NCBI GenBank assembly: GCA_045531455.1
Contig: JAZSEA010000075.1
Span: 2,922-66,921, forward strand
From: Eubacteriales bacterium
GTDB lineage: Bacteria > Bacillota > Clostridia > Oscillospirales > CAG-272
Direction: 5' to 3'
Length of the DNA stretch: 64,000 nucleotides
Shown: positions 63,036-64,000 of the stretch, piece by piece
How the letters are laid out: the number at the start of each line of letters is the position of its first letter
How positions within the stretch are numbered: position 1 is the stretch's first letter
The notes under the pieces: generated by a model
Database searches by the model: none
What the model was told of the DNA's origin: nothing
Seen by the model: the letters and a program-made list of their open reading frames with translations, nothing else
Program-made: the position numbers and the translations under genes

Positions 63036-64000
63036 TCAGAAGGGGAATTTCATTCGTTTACCGCGGCGTTTGCCGCCCATCGATGTGAATTGCTTCATCA
63101 TCTTTTTGACCTGCTCAAACTGCTTGAGCAGTCTGTTTACCTCTTCTACGGAGGTGCCGCTTCCGGCGGCAATTCTGCGCTTACGGGATGAATTGAGGAT
63201 ATCGGGCTTTGCTCGTTCTCTTGGAGTCATCGACTTGATTATCGCTTCGACTCGTCCCATTGCCTTTTCGTCGATCTGAGCATCCTTGAGAGCGGAAGCG
63301 TTGACGCCGGGCATCATACCGAGCAACTGCTCCATACTTCCCATATTTCTAATCTGCTCGAACTGTTCGAGATAATCATCAAGAGTGAAGGTCTGCTCGC
63401 GCATCTTTTTCTCAAGCTCTGCGGCTTTCTTATCGTCATAAGCAGCCTCGGCTTTTTCAATAAGAGAGAGAACATCGCCCATACCGAGTATTCGGCTTGC
63501 CATACGGTCGGGGTGGAAGGGCTCGATCGCATCTATCTTTTCGCCGACACCGATGAACTTAATGGGCTTGCCTGTTACGTATCTGACAGAAAGAGCCGCG
63601 CCGCCTCGGGTATCGCCGTCAAGCTTTGTAAGAATAACGCCTGTTATATCGAGAAGATTGTTGAAATGCTCTGCAACGTTGACAGAGTCCTGACCGATCA
63701 TAGCGTCTATTGTGAGAAGTATTTCGGTAGGCTCTACCGATTCCTTGATCGAACGAAGTTCTTCCATAAGAACCTCGTCGATATGGAGACGACCTGCGGT
63801 ATCGATAAAAACCATATCGCAGAAATTGTCTTTCGCGTACTTCAAGCCTTCTTCGGCTATCTTTACGGGAGATACGTCGGTTCCCATTGTAAATACCGGG
63901 ACACCGATCTGTTCGCCGAGGATTTGGAGCTGCTTGATAGCCGCGGGACGATAAATATCGCACGCTACAAGAAGGGGACGCTTGCCCTGCTTTTTGTACA
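63036..64000 (-). CDS. ffh: signal recognition particle protein Ffh (5' end outside window)
   Basis: The frame is open to the window edge. Contains [23 protein letters not shown] and a Met-rich M domain ([13 protein letters not shown]). Confidence 0.95.
   Translation of the reverse strand, partial: YKKQGKRPLLVACDIYRPAAIKQLQILGEQIGVPVFTMGTDVSPVKIAEEGLKYAKDNFCDMVFIDTAGRLHIDEVLMEELRSIKESVEPTEILLTIDAMIGQDSVNVAEHFNNLLDITGVILTKLDGDTRGGAALSVRYVTGKPIKFIGVGEKIDAIEPFHPDRMASRILGMGDVLSLIEKAEAAYDDKKAAELEKKMREQTFTLDDYLEQFEQIRNMGSMEQLLGMMPGVNASALKDAQIDEKAMGRVEAIIKSMTPRERAKPDILNSSRKRRIAAGSGTSVEEVNRLLKQFEQVKKMMKQFTSMGGKRRGKRMKFPF

Noticed and set aside
1-64000. A search for rRNA, tRNA, CRISPR arrays, IS/transposase, integrase, toxin-antitoxin, restriction-modification or other defence genes.
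   Set aside because: Intergenic regions are short (the longest is about 357 bp). None shows tRNA-like T-arm sequences, spaced direct repeats, or terminal inverted repeats. No ORF translation resembles a transposase, integrase, Cas, methylase/endonuclease pair or known defence protein. This was a visual inspection only and is not exhaustive.

Overview
This 64 kb window is a chromosomal segment from a spore-forming Firmicute. It looks Clostridia-like (spoIVA, a SpoIIP-like gene, GlnRS plus GluRS, Cys-type sulfatases), but that placement is inference, because no searches could be run. All calls rest on reading the supplied translations and the DNA by eye.

The window is mostly housekeeping:
- DNA repair: mutL (5' partial), uvrC, recN, xseA/xseB.
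- tRNA and rRNA modification: tgt, tsaE, tsaB, a Kae1/TsaD-like gene, rimM, trmD, rsmD, tlyA.
- Four aminoacyl-tRNA synthetases: glyQS, glnS, gltX, argS.
- MEP/isoprenoid genes: ispD, ispF, ispA, dxs.
- Pentose phosphate and central metabolism: rpe, rpiB, ldh, glpK, fhs, xpt, nadK, coaD, ptsH.
- Secretion and translation: yajC, rpsP, a KH-domain protein, ffh (5' partial).

Accessory-looking genes are interleaved with these:
- two orphan ABC substrate-binding lipoproteins;
- a Wzy-like membrane protein with two DUF4330-like partners;
- an FkbM methyltransferase next to a start-less Ig-like gene remnant;
- a DivIVA-domain / XRE-TPR / Cys-repeat lipoprotein / EEP lipoprotein module;
- two cytoplasmic Cys-type sulfatases;
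- a thioesterase-ABC module;
- several orphan ORFs.

I saw no rRNA, tRNA, CRISPR array, IS element or recognisable riboswitch. Many clean rho-independent (often bidirectional) terminators are visible, as are sigma-A promoters with extended -10 boxes (TGnTATAAT).

The observations most worth follow-up are:
- the triple Ada-like zinc-motif lipoprotein and its operon;
- a 54-codon ORF that consists of little more than a sortase sorting signal;
- a yajC-linked small protein resembling only the N-terminal domain of SCIFF-type radical-SAM maturases;
- conserved clusters (tgt-yajC and ffh-rpsP-KH-rimM-trmD) that are split, with both breaks meeting at about 20.2 kb.

No complete, obviously novel system such as a defence island could be demonstrated.
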